DNA of 61,970 bases from Emcibacter sp. (GTDB lineage Bacteria; Pseudomonadota; Alphaproteobacteria; Sphingomonadales; Emcibacteraceae). The notes under the pieces were generated by a model. It searched no databases, had not been told where the DNA came from, and saw nothing but the letters and a program-made list of their open reading frames with translations. The first letter of the stretch is position 1, and each line of letters starts with the position of its first letter. Shown piece after piece: positions 28,756-39,502 of this stretch. The stretch spans positions 1 to 61,970 of the forward strand of contig JAJFIP010000032.1 in assembly GCA_021774875.1 (NCBI GenBank), read 5' to 3'. The translations under genes were made by a program, and so were the position numbers.

Positions 28756-31068
28756 ATGACTAATAACAATATTAGAAAAGTAATAATCACATTATTTATG
28801 CTGTGTGGATTGTTGTCCTGCGGTGTAGATACACCACAATCCGAGCACAATAATATAATTGTTTTTGATGGTTATCGGTGGGGAATACATGCCTTTGAAC
28901 TTACTGTCACCGGGATAGGTGAGACAACTACCTACAGCTTGCGGAAAAAAGATCTGGCCAAAAATCAGTGGGGAAAAGCTATCACAGTTTCTGCCACAGC
29001 TATTATCGGCAATAAAGATTTTCGCCTTATTGGCAGTATTGCCGATTTCCCCGCCAGCATAGCTTCAATCACGGACCTCAACTGGACAGGACAGCAAGCA
29101 ATTGGCTGGCCTAATGCCGACACTATCTATGTCCGTCACCGGGAAATGACCAAAGAAGTGGGTGGAGAAAATAAAACTGCCACATACTGGGGCATGCGTG
29201 ATGCAAGCCTACCCATGGACCTTGTGATCGGTGCTGACAATAGCCTGATTGCCGCCATGGATGTAAGCAATGATAATGTTATGGTACGCCGTGGTTACGA
29301 AAATTTCACTACAGTTGGCAGATGGCTGGACCCGGCTATTTCTCAACCTACTTATGGCTTTAAAGCACTTGATTTGGTTATGATGCCATCAAAGGCAGGG
29401 CCAAAGCTCGCCACCAGGGTTTACCTGCCAGAAGGTGATATAGAAGGGCCGTTCCCGACAATTATGGTGCGCACCCCTTATGGAATATCGACCTTGATTG
29501 AGCGCTACCAGCATTATGCCATTCGTGGCTTTGCGGTAGTGCTACAGGCCGCTGGAGGAACAGCGTACTGGGACCGGGAATCACGCTCTGAGGGTAACTG
29601 GGACGCTATGATTCAAGAACCGGGCGATAGTGCTGATGCTCTGGACTGGATCGTCGCGCAGCCCTGGTCTAATGGTTCGATCTGTATGCAGGGGGGATCC
29701 TATTATGGGTACACTCAATGGGCTGCATCAATGGCGAAAAACCCGGCATTGAAATGTCTGGTGCCTGAGGTTTCCATGGGTACAGCCTTTAGCGATCAAC
29801 CCTATATGGGCGGCACTTTTGTTCAGGGAATGGCCTATTATGCTTTTTGGATGCTGGATAAAAAACTACTGCCCGGACGCACTTGGGCAGACGTCTTCCG
29901 CCACAGGCCGCTGATTGATATGGATGTTTATGCTACGGGCGAAGATATTCCCCTATGGAATAATTTTTTTAAACACTGGCGCAATGATGATTTCTGGCAG
30001 GGTCAAAACTGGTATGCGGGTGATCATGACCGCACCTTTGGCACCTTTCAGATCAGTGGCTGGTTTGATGATGATTATCCCGGCACGCGCAGCAACTGGG
30101 CATTGATGGCAAAAAAAGGTACCCAGCCCAATCGACTGTTACTCGGGCCGTGGAAGCATGGCTATAACTCAGACCGGAAGCTGAATGGTTTCAGTTACGG
30201 CATTGATGCTCTGCGTGATGATGTCTGGCTGATCAAACAAAAATGGTATGATTATTATCTGAAGGGCGTCAAAAACGGTGTCACTGACCCTACAGTTGAA
30301 TATTTTGTCCTTGGTGATAATGAATGGCGCACGGCAACCAGCTGGCCGCCACAAGAGGTAACCCCAAAATTATGGTATTTTCACAGTACGGGCGAGGCCA
30401 ATAGTCACCCCGCCAATGGCCGTCTTACCTCTCATGCCCCTGATGGTAAAGAAATATCTGATTCCTTTAGCTACGACCCAAAAGATCCGGTTCCAAACTG
30501 GTATAGCTTTGACCTTATGCAGCGTTGGGCTGATATGCAGTCATTCCAGTATGATTTCAAGGATATTGAAACGCGCCAAGATCTTGCCACTTATACATCA
30601 GCTCAGCTTACAGAGGATGTGACCATTGCCGGCAATATCAAGGTTATTCTTTATGCTTCTACTGATGTTAAGGATACGGACTGGTGGGTTTATGTCTCTG
30701 ATGTGACGCCTGACAATGCCTCAAACCGGCTTAGTGTCGGGGTGTTGCGAGCCCGCTTTCGTAAACTGGAAGACACAGACTATCATGTTTTCGGCTCGAA
30801 TTTTGAGAAGGAAGTTATGCTTTCCGGTGACATTAAGGATGTGGTTCGTTATGAAATCAGTATTCCTTCACTCGCCAATAACTTCAAAAAAGGTCACCGC
30901 ATCCGGATTGCGGTGATGAACGCCCATGACGGTTATTCCTTTCCCAATTCCAATACAGGAGGAGATGAAGGATTTGTCACAGATACCGTGGTCGGAAAGA
31001 TGCAAATTCATCATACAAAGGCTTATCCAAGTCATGTAATATTGCCTGTAGTACCAAATGGAAAATAG
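28756..31068 (+). CDS. CocE/NonD family hydrolase 1 (lipoprotein with an extra N-terminal domain)
   Basis: Lipobox LLSC, RTPY, GGSYYG nucleophile motif, GWFD, GPWKH, PepX_C-like GHRIRI. Confidence 0.9.
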   Translation: MTNNNIRKVIITLFMLCGLLSCGVDTPQSEHNNIIVFDGYRWGIHAFELTVTGIGETTTYSLRKKDLAKNQWGKAITVSATAIIGNKDFRLIGSIADFPASIASITDLNWTGQQAIGWPNADTIYVRHREMTKEVGGENKTATYWGMRDASLPMDLVIGADNSLIAAMDVSNDNVMVRRGYENFTTVGRWLDPAISQPTYGFKALDLVMMPSKAGPKLATRVYLPEGDIEGPFPTIMVRTPYGISTLIERYQHYAIRGFAVVLQAAGGTAYWDRESRSEGNWDAMIQEPGDSADALDWIVAQPWSNGSICMQGGSYYGYTQWAASMAKNPALKCLVPEVSMGTAFSDQPYMGGTFVQGMAYYAFWMLDKKLLPGRTWADVFRHRPLIDMDVYATGEDIPLWNNFFKHWRNDDFWQGQNWYAGDHDRTFGTFQISGWFDDDYPGTRSNWALMAKKGTQPNRLLLGPWKHGYNSDRKLNGFSYGIDALRDDVWLIKQKWYDYYLKGVKNGVTDPTVEYFVLGDNEWRTATSWPPQEVTPKLWYFHSTGEANSHPANGRLTSHAPDGKEISDSFSYDPKDPVPNWYSFDLMQRWADMQSFQYDFKDIETRQDLATYTSAQLTEDVTIAGNIKVILYASTDVKDTDWWVYVSDVTPDNASNRLSVGVLRARFRKLEDTDYHVFGSNFEKEVMLSGDIKDVVRYEISIPSLANNFKKGHRIRIAVMNAHDGYSFPNSNTGGDEGFVTDTVVGKMQIHHTKAYPSHVILPVVPNGK

Positions 31069-31077
31069 GGAAATAAA

Positions 31078-33030
31078 ATGCACTATAAATTGTTAACGAT
31101 AGTCGTTGGCCTGGCAATGCTTAATGCCTGTCAGCCTGATGAACCAATATCTCAGGAACAAAAGTCTTATATCCACCCCCTAAACGCGAGTACGGACAAG
31201 CGTTATGTAGAAATACAGGAAGTCGGTAAATTTACCCGTCATCCAGAGCCGGTTTATAAAGAAATACGTTTGGAGAAATCTGTGCTTGTGCCCATGCGCG
31301 ATGGCGTGCGGCTATCCACAGATATATACTCACCCGTAGGCGTGGCAGGGCCATTGCCTGTAGTCTTGATCAGGTTACCCTACAATAAAAACCGTTATAT
31401 GAATTTACGTTCACCGGGATCTATTGCACATTTCTTTGCTGGTCACGGCTATCATGTGGTGGTGCAGGATATGCGGGGGCGTTATGAATCCGAAGGCGAA
31501 TATACTGTTTCTGCGGCTGATCGTGATGATGGTTATGATGCCATTGAATGGCTGACAAAACAGACCTGGAATACTGGCAAAGTGGGGACATATGGCTGCT
31601 CATATTTAGGTGAAAATCAAATTCAGCTTGCCGCTACCCTACACCCTAATCACACCGCCGCAATTCCACAGTCCGCTGGCGGTGGTTATCGGGGAACAGG
31701 CCGCCAATTTGCTTTTATTGATGGCGGCGTGCCGGAACTTGCTTCTGGCCTCGGCTGGTTCTGGTTTGCAGGATCTAAACTATTCTGGCAACGGCCACAG
31801 GGGATATCGGATGAGGATTTCAGAAGTTATGCCGGACTTTTTGAGCCCTGGCCCCATGTCAAAGGCCTGGACTTTCAAAAAGCATTCCTGCATTTACCCA
31901 CCATTGACATTATGAAACACTACGGTGGTGACAAAACGGATTATGAAGATTTTTATTCCAAAGGCCCTCATGATCCTTACTGGGATGATCTCAATTATGC
32001 TGACGATAATGATCGTTTCGATGTCCCCGCTCTGCATGTCAATTCCTGGTATGATGGGGCAAGCAATGAAACCATGATTCTATTCAACCTGTTTCGGACC
32101 AATGCCGTGAGCGACAGGGCAAGGGACAACCAGTTTGCCATTATTTCCCCAACTGCACATTGTGGTTCGGAATTGCATCCAGACTGGGAGAATGCTGTCA
32201 TCGGTAAAAGACCCGTGGGTGATATAAGCAAGGATTATTTCCGCATTTATTTAGACTGGTTTGATCACTGGCTGAAAGGCAAGGATAACGGCATCACTGA
32301 AATGCCCAAATTTCAATATTATGCCATGGGGACCAATGAATGGCGCAGTGCCGATAGCTGGCCGCTGAAAAATACTGAATATCAGACGTTTTATCTTCAT
32401 AGCGATGGCAATGCCAACAAAGCTGGTAACTTAACCTTGGAAGCCCCGACTTTAGCAGAGGAAACTGATAAATATATCTATAATCCGGCTGATCCGGTAC
32501 CGACCAAAGGCGGGGCAATATGTTGCATATCAAAGGATGCTGCTACTGCTGGCAGCTATGATCAGGCAGAAACAGAGGCGCGACCAGACGTATTGGTCTA
32601 TACATCAGCTGCCCTGACGGAGGATATGGAAATCACTGGTCCGTTGCGTGCCATACTTTATGTTTCATCCTCTGCCAAAGATACAGATTTCACTGTTAAG
32701 CTTGTGGACGTGAATCCTGATGGTAGCAGTTTTAACATTCAGGACAGTATCCTCCGCGCCCGTTACCGGGAAGGCTATGATAAACAGGTTTTTATGGAAC
32801 CGGGCAGAGTTTATAAGCTGGAAATAGACCTACATGCCACAGGAAATGTATTTTTAAAGGGTCACCGCATTCGCCTTCAGGTGAGCAGCAGTAATTTTCC
32901 GCGATTTGTGCGCAATTTGAATACTGGCGGCAATAACTATGATGAGACTGAATGGGTCGTAGCCAATAATGCCATCCACCATTCAAAAGAATATCCATCG
33001 CATATTATATTGCCCATGATAAAAAACTAG
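31078..33030 (+). CDS. CocE/NonD family hydrolase 2 (lipoprotein)
   Basis: Lipobox LNAC, MRDGVRLSTDIY, RLPYNK, QDMRGRYESEG, GCSYLG, SWYD, GHRIRLQVSSSNFP. Confidence 0.93.
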   Translation: MHYKLLTIVVGLAMLNACQPDEPISQEQKSYIHPLNASTDKRYVEIQEVGKFTRHPEPVYKEIRLEKSVLVPMRDGVRLSTDIYSPVGVAGPLPVVLIRLPYNKNRYMNLRSPGSIAHFFAGHGYHVVVQDMRGRYESEGEYTVSAADRDDGYDAIEWLTKQTWNTGKVGTYGCSYLGENQIQLAATLHPNHTAAIPQSAGGGYRGTGRQFAFIDGGVPELASGLGWFWFAGSKLFWQRPQGISDEDFRSYAGLFEPWPHVKGLDFQKAFLHLPTIDIMKHYGGDKTDYEDFYSKGPHDPYWDDLNYADDNDRFDVPALHVNSWYDGASNETMILFNLFRTNAVSDRARDNQFAIISPTAHCGSELHPDWENAVIGKRPVGDISKDYFRIYLDWFDHWLKGKDNGITEMPKFQYYAMGTNEWRSADSWPLKNTEYQTFYLHSDGNANKAGNLTLEAPTLAEETDKYIYNPADPVPTKGGAICCISKDAATAGSYDQAETEARPDVLVYTSAALTEDMEITGPLRAILYVSSSAKDTDFTVKLVDVNPDGSSFNIQDSILRARYREGYDKQVFMEPGRVYKLEIDLHATGNVFLKGHRIRLQVSSSNFPRFVRNLNTGGNNYDETEWVVANNAIHHSKEYPSHIILPMIKN

Positions 33031-33038
33031 AGGATTAA

Positions 33039-34121
33039 ATGGCTAAATTAAAAGTAGGAATTATCGGTGCAGGGGGCGGGGTTGCGGCTGTGCATTTTCA
33101 GGCTTATCTGGAAGTGGATTCCATTGAGGTGGTGGCTGGTGCCGAGTTGAATGAGGTAGCACTGGAAGAAGTCACCACTAAGTGGGGTGTCAGGGGCTAT
33201 ACCGATTTTGAGGAAATGCTGAAAACTGAGCAACTTGATATTGTCTGCATCTGTGTACCAGCCCGCTATCATCGGCATGTTGCAGAGAAAGTTGCAGACT
33301 ATAAAGTTCATATTTTGATTGAAAAGCCTTTGGCTACTTCTCTGGAAGATGGACAGGCCATAGTCGATAAATGTCACGCGCAAGGCATTAAGCTCTATTA
33401 TGGTGCATCCTACCGTATGCTAACGGCCAATATCAAAGCCCGCGAGATGATCCAGAATGGTGAATTGGGCGAAATATCAATGGCGCTGGAAACAGTAATC
33501 GGCGGTGACGGGCTTGAAAATTATAATGAATGTGGTCCCCATCATTATGAGCCGGGTACGCCGGGGGGTTGCGGCATGGGTATCGTCGACCATGGCATAC
33601 ATCTGATTGACTTGTTTTGCTGGTTTCTGGATTCAGAAGTGGACACAGTATTTGGTCGCGGAAATATTTCCGGCGAAATTCCCGCATCGGAACATGTAAC
33701 GGCAACATTTACAAATGGTGTGGTTGTTCATCTTATTGCCAATACCATTAGTTTTTCGGCACAGCTTCCCTCTGAAGGCATATTCCGCTGGGGTGGTAGC
33801 TGGGATCCCGATGGCAAGTTGTCGCTGGAGCCGGGCTGGGCTGATAATCCGGCAAGTTTCCAGATACACGGCAGCAAGGGCGCCTTGAGTGTATATCCCT
33901 ATGCCGAGCAGTTGATTTATTTTGCTAAAGATACGGTTAAACCTGTCCGACTGGAACAGCGTCCTATGCCGGGAAATTTTGCCATGCAAATGGAGTCTTT
34001 TGTGGATAGCATCATCAATGACAGGAAGCCTGCTGTTGCTGGTGAGGATGGCTTGAAGGCATTAAAAATTATTTTAGCCGCCTATGAAAGTGCAAAGACG
34101 CAGCAACTCATTAAATTGTGA
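33039..34121 (+). CDS. Gfo/Idh/MocA family oxidoreductase
   Basis: VGIIGAG, HILIEKP, GIVDHGIHLID. Confidence 0.92.
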   Translation: MAKLKVGIIGAGGGVAAVHFQAYLEVDSIEVVAGAELNEVALEEVTTKWGVRGYTDFEEMLKTEQLDIVCICVPARYHRHVAEKVADYKVHILIEKPLATSLEDGQAIVDKCHAQGIKLYYGASYRMLTANIKAREMIQNGELGEISMALETVIGGDGLENYNECGPHHYEPGTPGGCGMGIVDHGIHLIDLFCWFLDSEVDTVFGRGNISGEIPASEHVTATFTNGVVVHLIANTISFSAQLPSEGIFRWGGSWDPDGKLSLEPGWADNPASFQIHGSKGALSVYPYAEQLIYFAKDTVKPVRLEQRPMPGNFAMQMESFVDSIINDRKPAVAGEDGLKALKIILAAYESAKTQQLIKL

Positions 34122-34175
34122 TTACCCTATTCAATATTTCTGTTATAAACTGAAAAGAATTTCTAATGGAGACTA

Positions 34176-34637
34176 TTGATGATTTCTTTGAGGATAAACG
34201 GCAATAAATATGATGTTGATGTGGACCCGGAAACACCTTTGCTTTGGGTTATCAGGGACCATATTGGCTTTACCGGTACAAAATTCGGCTGTGGGATCGG
34301 GGAATGTGGGGCCTGTACCGTGCATATTGATGGCGAACCGGTGCGATCTTGCTCTTATCAGGCCGGTGATGCGCAAGGTACGGCGATCACAACAATAGAG
34401 GGCCTGTCACCAGACGGCTCACATCCTGTGCAGAAAGCCTGGGTAGCCGAAGATGTGCCCCAGTGTGGTTATTGTCAGTCGGGAATGATTATGGCAACGG
34501 CGGCTTTACTCGATGAGAAACCTCATCCCACCGATGCTGATATTGACGACTCTATCACCAATATATGCCGCTGTGGAACCTACCCGCGTATTCGCAAGGC
34601 CATTCATCTTGCGGCTAATACAAAAGGGGAGGCTTAA
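34176..34637 (+). CDS. iorA: (2Fe-2S) small subunit, isoquinoline 1-oxidoreductase alpha-like
   Basis: [35 protein letters not shown]. Confidence 0.85.
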   Translation: MMISLRINGNKYDVDVDPETPLLWVIRDHIGFTGTKFGCGIGECGACTVHIDGEPVRSCSYQAGDAQGTAITTIEGLSPDGSHPVQKAWVAEDVPQCGYCQSGMIMATAALLDEKPHPTDADIDDSITNICRCGTYPRIRKAIHLAANTKGEA

Positions 34638-34638
34638 A

Positions 34639-36795
34639 ATGGCGACTTCAACATTAAACAGGCGCAGTTTTCTCTTGTCCGCAGTGGCCACCACAGGGGC
34701 ATTGACTTTAGGTATCAGTCTCACAGGATGTTCTGAAGACCAAAGACCACTCAGCAAAAATACGGAACCGCAAACATTTAACGCTTTTATCAGTATTGCC
34801 AGCGATGATTCCGTCACCATTCAGGTGCCTTGCTCTGAAATGGGGCAGGGGGTATTCACTGCTTTGCCTATGATACTTGCCGATGAACTTGATGCTGACT
34901 GGGAGAAAGTTACCGCAGAGACCGCATCAGCGGATAAGGCCTATCATTATAAAACCGGATGGGATGATCAGGCCACAGGCGGCAGCTATTCCATAGCCGG
35001 ATGGTATGCGGCCCTGCGTAATGTCGGGGCAGCTGCACGCGAAATGCTTACGGACGCCGCCGCTGAGACCTGGAACGTGCCGGCCTCAGAATGTGTGACC
35101 AACAAGGCAGTAGTCAGCCACCCCATGAGTGGCCGCTCGCTTGGTTACGGTGCGCTGGTGGCAGCCGCGAGCAAAAGAACAGTTCCGGAAAATCCAAAAT
35201 TAAAATCTGCCGAGGATTTTCAGATCATTGGTCATCCCAAATCACGTAAAGATACGACAGCGAAAGTTGATGGATCAGCCATCTTTGGTGTTGATGTAAA
35301 ACTTCCCGGTATGTTAATTGCCACGGTTAAAACCAGCCCGACATTCGGGGGAATGGTTAAAAATTATAATGAGGGTGCCGCATTGGCAATGCCGGGTGTA
35401 AGGGGCATTGTGCCAGTTCCCGCAGGCATTGCAGTGGTTGCCGATTCCTATTGGCAGGCCCATAAGGCTATTGATGCGCTGGATATTGTTTTTGATAGTG
35501 GATCAAATGCCGAACAGAACAGCGAAAAAATTTCGGCAGAATTACATAAAGGACTGAGCGAAGAAGGGCTTGTTGCCCATGAGCAAGGAAAAGCAAAAGA
35601 GGCAATTGCAGCTAATGACAGCAATGCGGTAACGGCTGTTTACGAAGTCCCGTATCTTGCCCATGCCTGTATGGAACCAATGGCCTGTACCGTAGATGTT
35701 CGAGCGGATTCATGCCATATTATCGCCCCGACCCAGGCCCCCGGAGAAGTACGCAGATTAGCTGAAAAAATAACAGGTTTACCACTGGAAAAAATCAAGG
35801 TGGATGTTACCTTCCTTGGTGGTGGTTTTGGCCGCCGCTTTGAGGTGGATTTTGTTGAACAGGCCATTTTGGCATCAAAAGCCATAGGCCGCCCTGTCAA
35901 GCTCATCTGGTCCCGTGAAGAAGACATCGCCCATGACTTTTATCGTCCGGCATCTGTTGTCCGCCTGAGTGCCGCCTTTGATAAGGCTGGGGATGGTTTA
36001 GCTTTTGATTGCCGGCTCGTAGCACCTTCTATTTCACAACGCGCCCTTAACTTGCCCGATAGTGAACTTGATGGTGCCGCAGTTGAAGTTCTGCGAGAAA
36101 TACCCTATGGCTTTGCCAATACATATGTTGATTATGTTCGCAAAGACCTTGGCGTGCCAGTGGGCTGGTGGCGGTCAGTGGGTGCTTCACAAAATGGCTT
36201 CATCCGGGAAAGTTATATTGATGAATTGGCCCATTCCCGTGGCGAAGATCCCTACCAGTTCCGTCGTCGTCTATTGGGCGAAGATAAACGCCACCTTGGG
36301 GTGCTGGAGCTTGCGGCGGAAAAGGCTGGATGGAAAAATCAGCTACCTGAGGGGCACTTTCACGGCATAGCTGTTGTCATGAGTTTTAATAGTTATGTGG
36401 CCGAGGTGGCGGAAATCTCAATTGAAAAAAATGGCAACTTGAAAATACATAAAATTACCTGTGCTGTAGATTGTGGCACCGTGGTAAACCCTTCTATTGT
36501 CGAAGCTCAGGTTGTCAGCGCGGTGGTCTATGGCCTTACAGCGGCGGCAGCCGGTGAAATCACCATTAAAGGAGGGGCCGTCGAACAAAGTAATTTCCAT
36601 GATTATCCGGCATTGAAACTATCAGAAACACCGGATATTGAGGTGCATTTGGTAAAAAGCACCGAGCCACCCACTGGTATCGGCGAGCCGGGTCTGCCAC
36701 CACTGGCTCCGGCAGTTGCTAATGCTATCTTCGCTGCTACGGGAAAACGTATTCGGTCACTACCATTTTCAAAAAATGGAATGACTTTGGCTTAG
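34639..36795 (+). CDS. iorB: Molybdopterin-binding subunit, isoquinoline 1-oxidoreductase beta-like, Tat-exported
   Basis: NRRSFLL Tat motif, [32 protein letters not shown]; ATG 34639 follows GGGAGG. Confidence 0.85.
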   Translation: MATSTLNRRSFLLSAVATTGALTLGISLTGCSEDQRPLSKNTEPQTFNAFISIASDDSVTIQVPCSEMGQGVFTALPMILADELDADWEKVTAETASADKAYHYKTGWDDQATGGSYSIAGWYAALRNVGAAAREMLTDAAAETWNVPASECVTNKAVVSHPMSGRSLGYGALVAAASKRTVPENPKLKSAEDFQIIGHPKSRKDTTAKVDGSAIFGVDVKLPGMLIATVKTSPTFGGMVKNYNEGAALAMPGVRGIVPVPAGIAVVADSYWQAHKAIDALDIVFDSGSNAEQNSEKISAELHKGLSEEGLVAHEQGKAKEAIAANDSNAVTAVYEVPYLAHACMEPMACTVDVRADSCHIIAPTQAPGEVRRLAEKITGLPLEKIKVDVTFLGGGFGRRFEVDFVEQAILASKAIGRPVKLIWSREEDIAHDFYRPASVVRLSAAFDKAGDGLAFDCRLVAPSISQRALNLPDSELDGAAVEVLREIPYGFANTYVDYVRKDLGVPVGWWRSVGASQNGFIRESYIDELAHSRGEDPYQFRRRLLGEDKRHLGVLELAAEKAGWKNQLPEGHFHGIAVVMSFNSYVAEVAEISIEKNGNLKIHKITCAVDCGTVVNPSIVEAQVVSAVVYGLTAAAAGEITIKGGAVEQSNFHDYPALKLSETPDIEVHLVKSTEPPTGIGEPGLPPLAPAVANAIFAATGKRIRSLPFSKNGMTLA

Positions 36796-36800
36796 AACTG

Positions 36801-36835
36801 AAAAAAAGGGGCTGCTATATCAAGCAACCCCTTTT
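36801..36835 (-). terminator. Intrinsic terminator after rplI, probably bidirectional
   Basis: AAAAGGGGCTGCT ... AGCAACCCCTTTT hairpin between convergent genes. Confidence 0.75.
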
Positions 36836-36859
36836 AAATTCTTTAGCGCAAAGCGTAAA

Positions 36860-37516
36860 TTAATCGCTTTTTTCTTCAGCCTCAACCTCAACCTCTGCAA
36901 CATCTGCTGCAACATCTGCTGCAACTTCTTCTTCAGTTGTATCATCTTCGCTGTCTGCTGCTATTGCGGCATCTGAATCCTCTTCGTTTTCAAAGTAATC
37001 TTCAACAGAGACATCTAATTCTTGTTCAGCAGTTTTGGCATCAAGACCCTTAGCCTGCATTTCTGCTTCTTCGGCTGAGCGTGCGACGTTGATCTCTATA
37101 TTTGCAAAAACTTCCGCATGAAGCTTGATTTGAACAGTATATATGCCAAGAAGTTTGATGGCATGAGCCAGAACAACCTGGGCGCGGTCAATTTTCAGAT
37201 CTTGCTCGCCCAGTGCCGTGGCAATATCGCGGGCGGATACGGAACCAAATAGATTGCCTGATTCACCTGCCTGACGAATAAGAATCGCTGAGACACCGTC
37301 AAGTTTGGTTGCTACGGAGTCTGCCTCATTTTTGGCTTCAAGGTTTCTGGCTTCAATGGCCACACGCTGGGTTTCAAAATAAGCCCGGTTAGTCTTGTTT
37401 GACCGCAGAGCCTTTTTCTGTGGCAGAAGAAAATTACGGGCATAGCCGTCTTTTACGGTTACGGTATCGCCGATCTGACCCAGTTTGCGGACCTGTTCAA
37501 GAAGTATGATTTCCAT
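36860..37516 (-). CDS. rplI: 50S ribosomal protein L9 with an acidic C-terminal extension
   Basis: MEIILLE, VKDGYARNFLLP, LFGSVS, NVARS. Confidence 0.97.
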   Translation of the reverse strand: MEIILLEQVRKLGQIGDTVTVKDGYARNFLLPQKKALRSNKTNRAYFETQRVAIEARNLEAKNEADSVATKLDGVSAILIRQAGESGNLFGSVSARDIATALGEQDLKIDRAQVVLAHAIKLLGIYTVQIKLHAEVFANIEINVARSAEEAEMQAKGLDAKTAEQELDVSVEDYFENEEDSDAAIAADSEDDTTEEEVAADVAADVAEVEVEAEEKSD

Positions 37517-37528
37517 GATTCATTCTCC

Positions 37529-37783
37529 CTATTGAACGATGTATGGCAGAAGTGCCAGATTACGGGCGCGTTTGATAGCCTTGGCCAGTTCACGTTGTTT
37601 CTTGGTTGAAACGGCAGTGATGCGGCTGGGGACAATCTTGCCACGCTCGGAAATGAATTTGCCCAGCATACGCACATCTTTATAATCTATTGTCTGGGCA
37701 TTGGCACCAGAGAAAGGACAGCTTTTGCGGCGTCTGAAAAAGGGGCGTCTTGTATTACCGCCCTCGGAACGTTGTTCAGCCAT
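37529..37783 (-). CDS. rpsR: 30S ribosomal protein S18
   Basis: [31 protein letters not shown]. Confidence 0.98.
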   Translation of the reverse strand: MAEQRSEGGNTRRPFFRRRKSCPFSGANAQTIDYKDVRMLGKFISERGKIVPSRITAVSTKKQRELAKAIKRARNLALLPYIVQ

Positions 37784-37795
37784 GTGATGATCTCC

Positions 37796-38248
37796 TTATT
37801 CTGTCGGGACGGCTTCAGATTTTACTGAAGTGGCGTCACCAGATTTAGCAGAATTTGCTTTTTTATCTTCAAAACGGTTCGGGCGGTTGTCTCTGTTTTC
37901 ATAACGTGAAGGGCGTCCTTCACGATCTCTTGAGCGCATGACAACAGAATCACCATTTTCCAGTTCTTCAACCCGGATTGTCATGAAACGCACAACATCT
38001 TCATGCAGGCGTTCATTTCGTTCCAGCTCAGAAACTGCATCAGCAGATCCATCAATGTTCAACAGGACATAGTGACCCTTTTTGTATTTTTTGATCCGAT
38101 AGGCCAGGGACCGAAGGCCCCATTGTTCGGTCTTGGTTACTTTGCCGCCATTGTCTTCAACGATTTTAGTCAAATCTTTGCTAATCGCTTCAACCTGTTG
38201 AGGTTGGATATCCTGGCGAGCGATAAATATATGTTCATAAAAAGCCAT
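37796..38248 (-). CDS. rpsF: 30S ribosomal protein S6
   Basis: [23 protein letters not shown]; ATG 38248 follows AAGGAG. Confidence 0.97.
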   Translation of the reverse strand: MAFYEHIFIARQDIQPQQVEAISKDLTKIVEDNGGKVTKTEQWGLRSLAYRIKKYKKGHYVLLNIDGSADAVSELERNERLHEDVVRFMTIRVEELENGDSVVMRSRDREGRPSRYENRDNRPNRFEDKKANSAKSGDATSVKSEAVPTE

Positions 38249-38548
38249 TTGCAGGCTACTCCTTGTAAAAATTTCATTTAACGGTTTTTCGGGCGGGGTG
38301 AATACGAATATCAAATCGTCACATTATATCATTAACCGACACAGTAAACCGAGGCATCCTTTGTAAGAAGGCCTTGAAGCGCCGCAATATACATGAAAGG
38401 CCAGTAAAGACAAGGGGTGGCGGGGGCTTTTTCAGATTTTTTTTCTCTGTTCTGCTATTTTCGCAAAAAAACCCTCTCAAAGGTCGACTTATAAGGGCCT
38501 AATTGCTATGACTAACTTGAAAGAAACATCAAAAGGATTTCACAAATA

Positions 38549-39502
38549 ATGAGCAGCGCATTTGTTTTCCCTGGACAGGGTAGCCAGACCGTCGGGATGG
38601 GTAAGGAGCTAGCTGGAAATATGCCTGTAGCGGCACAGGTTTTTGAAGAAATAAATGATGCTCTGGGGCAAAACCTGTCCGGCCTGATGTTTGAAGGACC
38701 GCAGGAGGAGCTGACCCTGACCCAGAATGCACAGCCCGCCCTGATGGCGGTCAGCCTTGCGGTGATAAAAGTTCTTGAAAAGGACTTTGATGTTAAGCTT
38801 GTTAATACAGCCTCCTATGTAGCGGGACATTCATTGGGGGAATATTCTGCTCTGGCCGCATCTGAAGCGTTAAGTATTTCTGATACGGCACTACTGTTGA
38901 GACTGCGCGGGCAAGCCATGCAGAGGGCAGTTCCGGTGGGTATTGGCGCCATGGCGGCATTGCTTGGCCTGAATTTTGATGTGGCGCAGGAAGTTGCTGA
39001 TGTGGCCGCTCAGGATCAGGTTTGCACAGCAGCCAATGATAATGCCGATGGACAGGTGGTCATCAGCGGCCACAAGTCCGCCGTGGAAAGAGCCATTGAA
39101 ATAGCTAAAACCCGCGGAGCTAAAAGAGGCATGTTACTGCCAGTTAGTGCACCTTTCCATTGTTCGCTGATGCAGCCAGCGGCAGATGAAATGGCGGCGG
39201 CACTTTCAGATACAATAATTTCTCCGCCAAAAATACCGATTATAGCCAATGTAACCGCATCGCCAGAAAAAGACCCAGAGATGATAAGAAAATATCTGGT
39301 TGAGCAGGTAACCGGAAGGGTTCGCTGGCGCGAGACTATCCTTAAAATGAATGAACTTGGTGTGACCCAAGTGATTGAAGCCGGGGCGGGTAAGGTGCTG
39401 ACTGGCATGACGCGGCGAATTTGTCGTGACATGAAGGGAATTTCCCTGCAAAGCCCGTCAGATATTGAAAGCTTTGCAAATGCGGGAGAAGAGAATGTTT
39501 GA
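38549..39502 (+). CDS. fabD: Malonyl-CoA:ACP transacylase
   Basis: FPGQGSQ, AGHSLGEY, VSAPFH. Confidence 0.97.
   Translation: MSSAFVFPGQGSQTVGMGKELAGNMPVAAQVFEEINDALGQNLSGLMFEGPQEELTLTQNAQPALMAVSLAVIKVLEKDFDVKLVNTASYVAGHSLGEYSALAASEALSISDTALLLRLRGQAMQRAVPVGIGAMAALLGLNFDVAQEVADVAAQDQVCTAANDNADGQVVISGHKSAVERAIEIAKTRGAKRGMLLPVSAPFHCSLMQPAADEMAAALSDTIISPPKIPIIANVTASPEKDPEMIRKYLVEQVTGRVRWRETILKMNELGVTQVIEAGAGKVLTGMTRRICRDMKGISLQSPSDIESFANAGEENV

Noticed and set aside
28756-33030. Cocaine or tropane degradation as the specific function
   Set aside because: Family membership alone does not define the substrate
34114-34128. Possible third operator AATTGTGATTACC before iorA
   Set aside because: Only about half matches and it overlaps the upstream stop codon; not distinguishable from chance
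34513-34638. Longer N-terminus for the IorB-like ORF
   Set aside because: Overlaps iorA; ATG 34639 has a strong RBS and places the Tat motif at the N-terminus
38249-38400. S6:S18 autoregulatory leader RNA
   Set aside because: Plausible position, but I could not identify the structure reliably by eye
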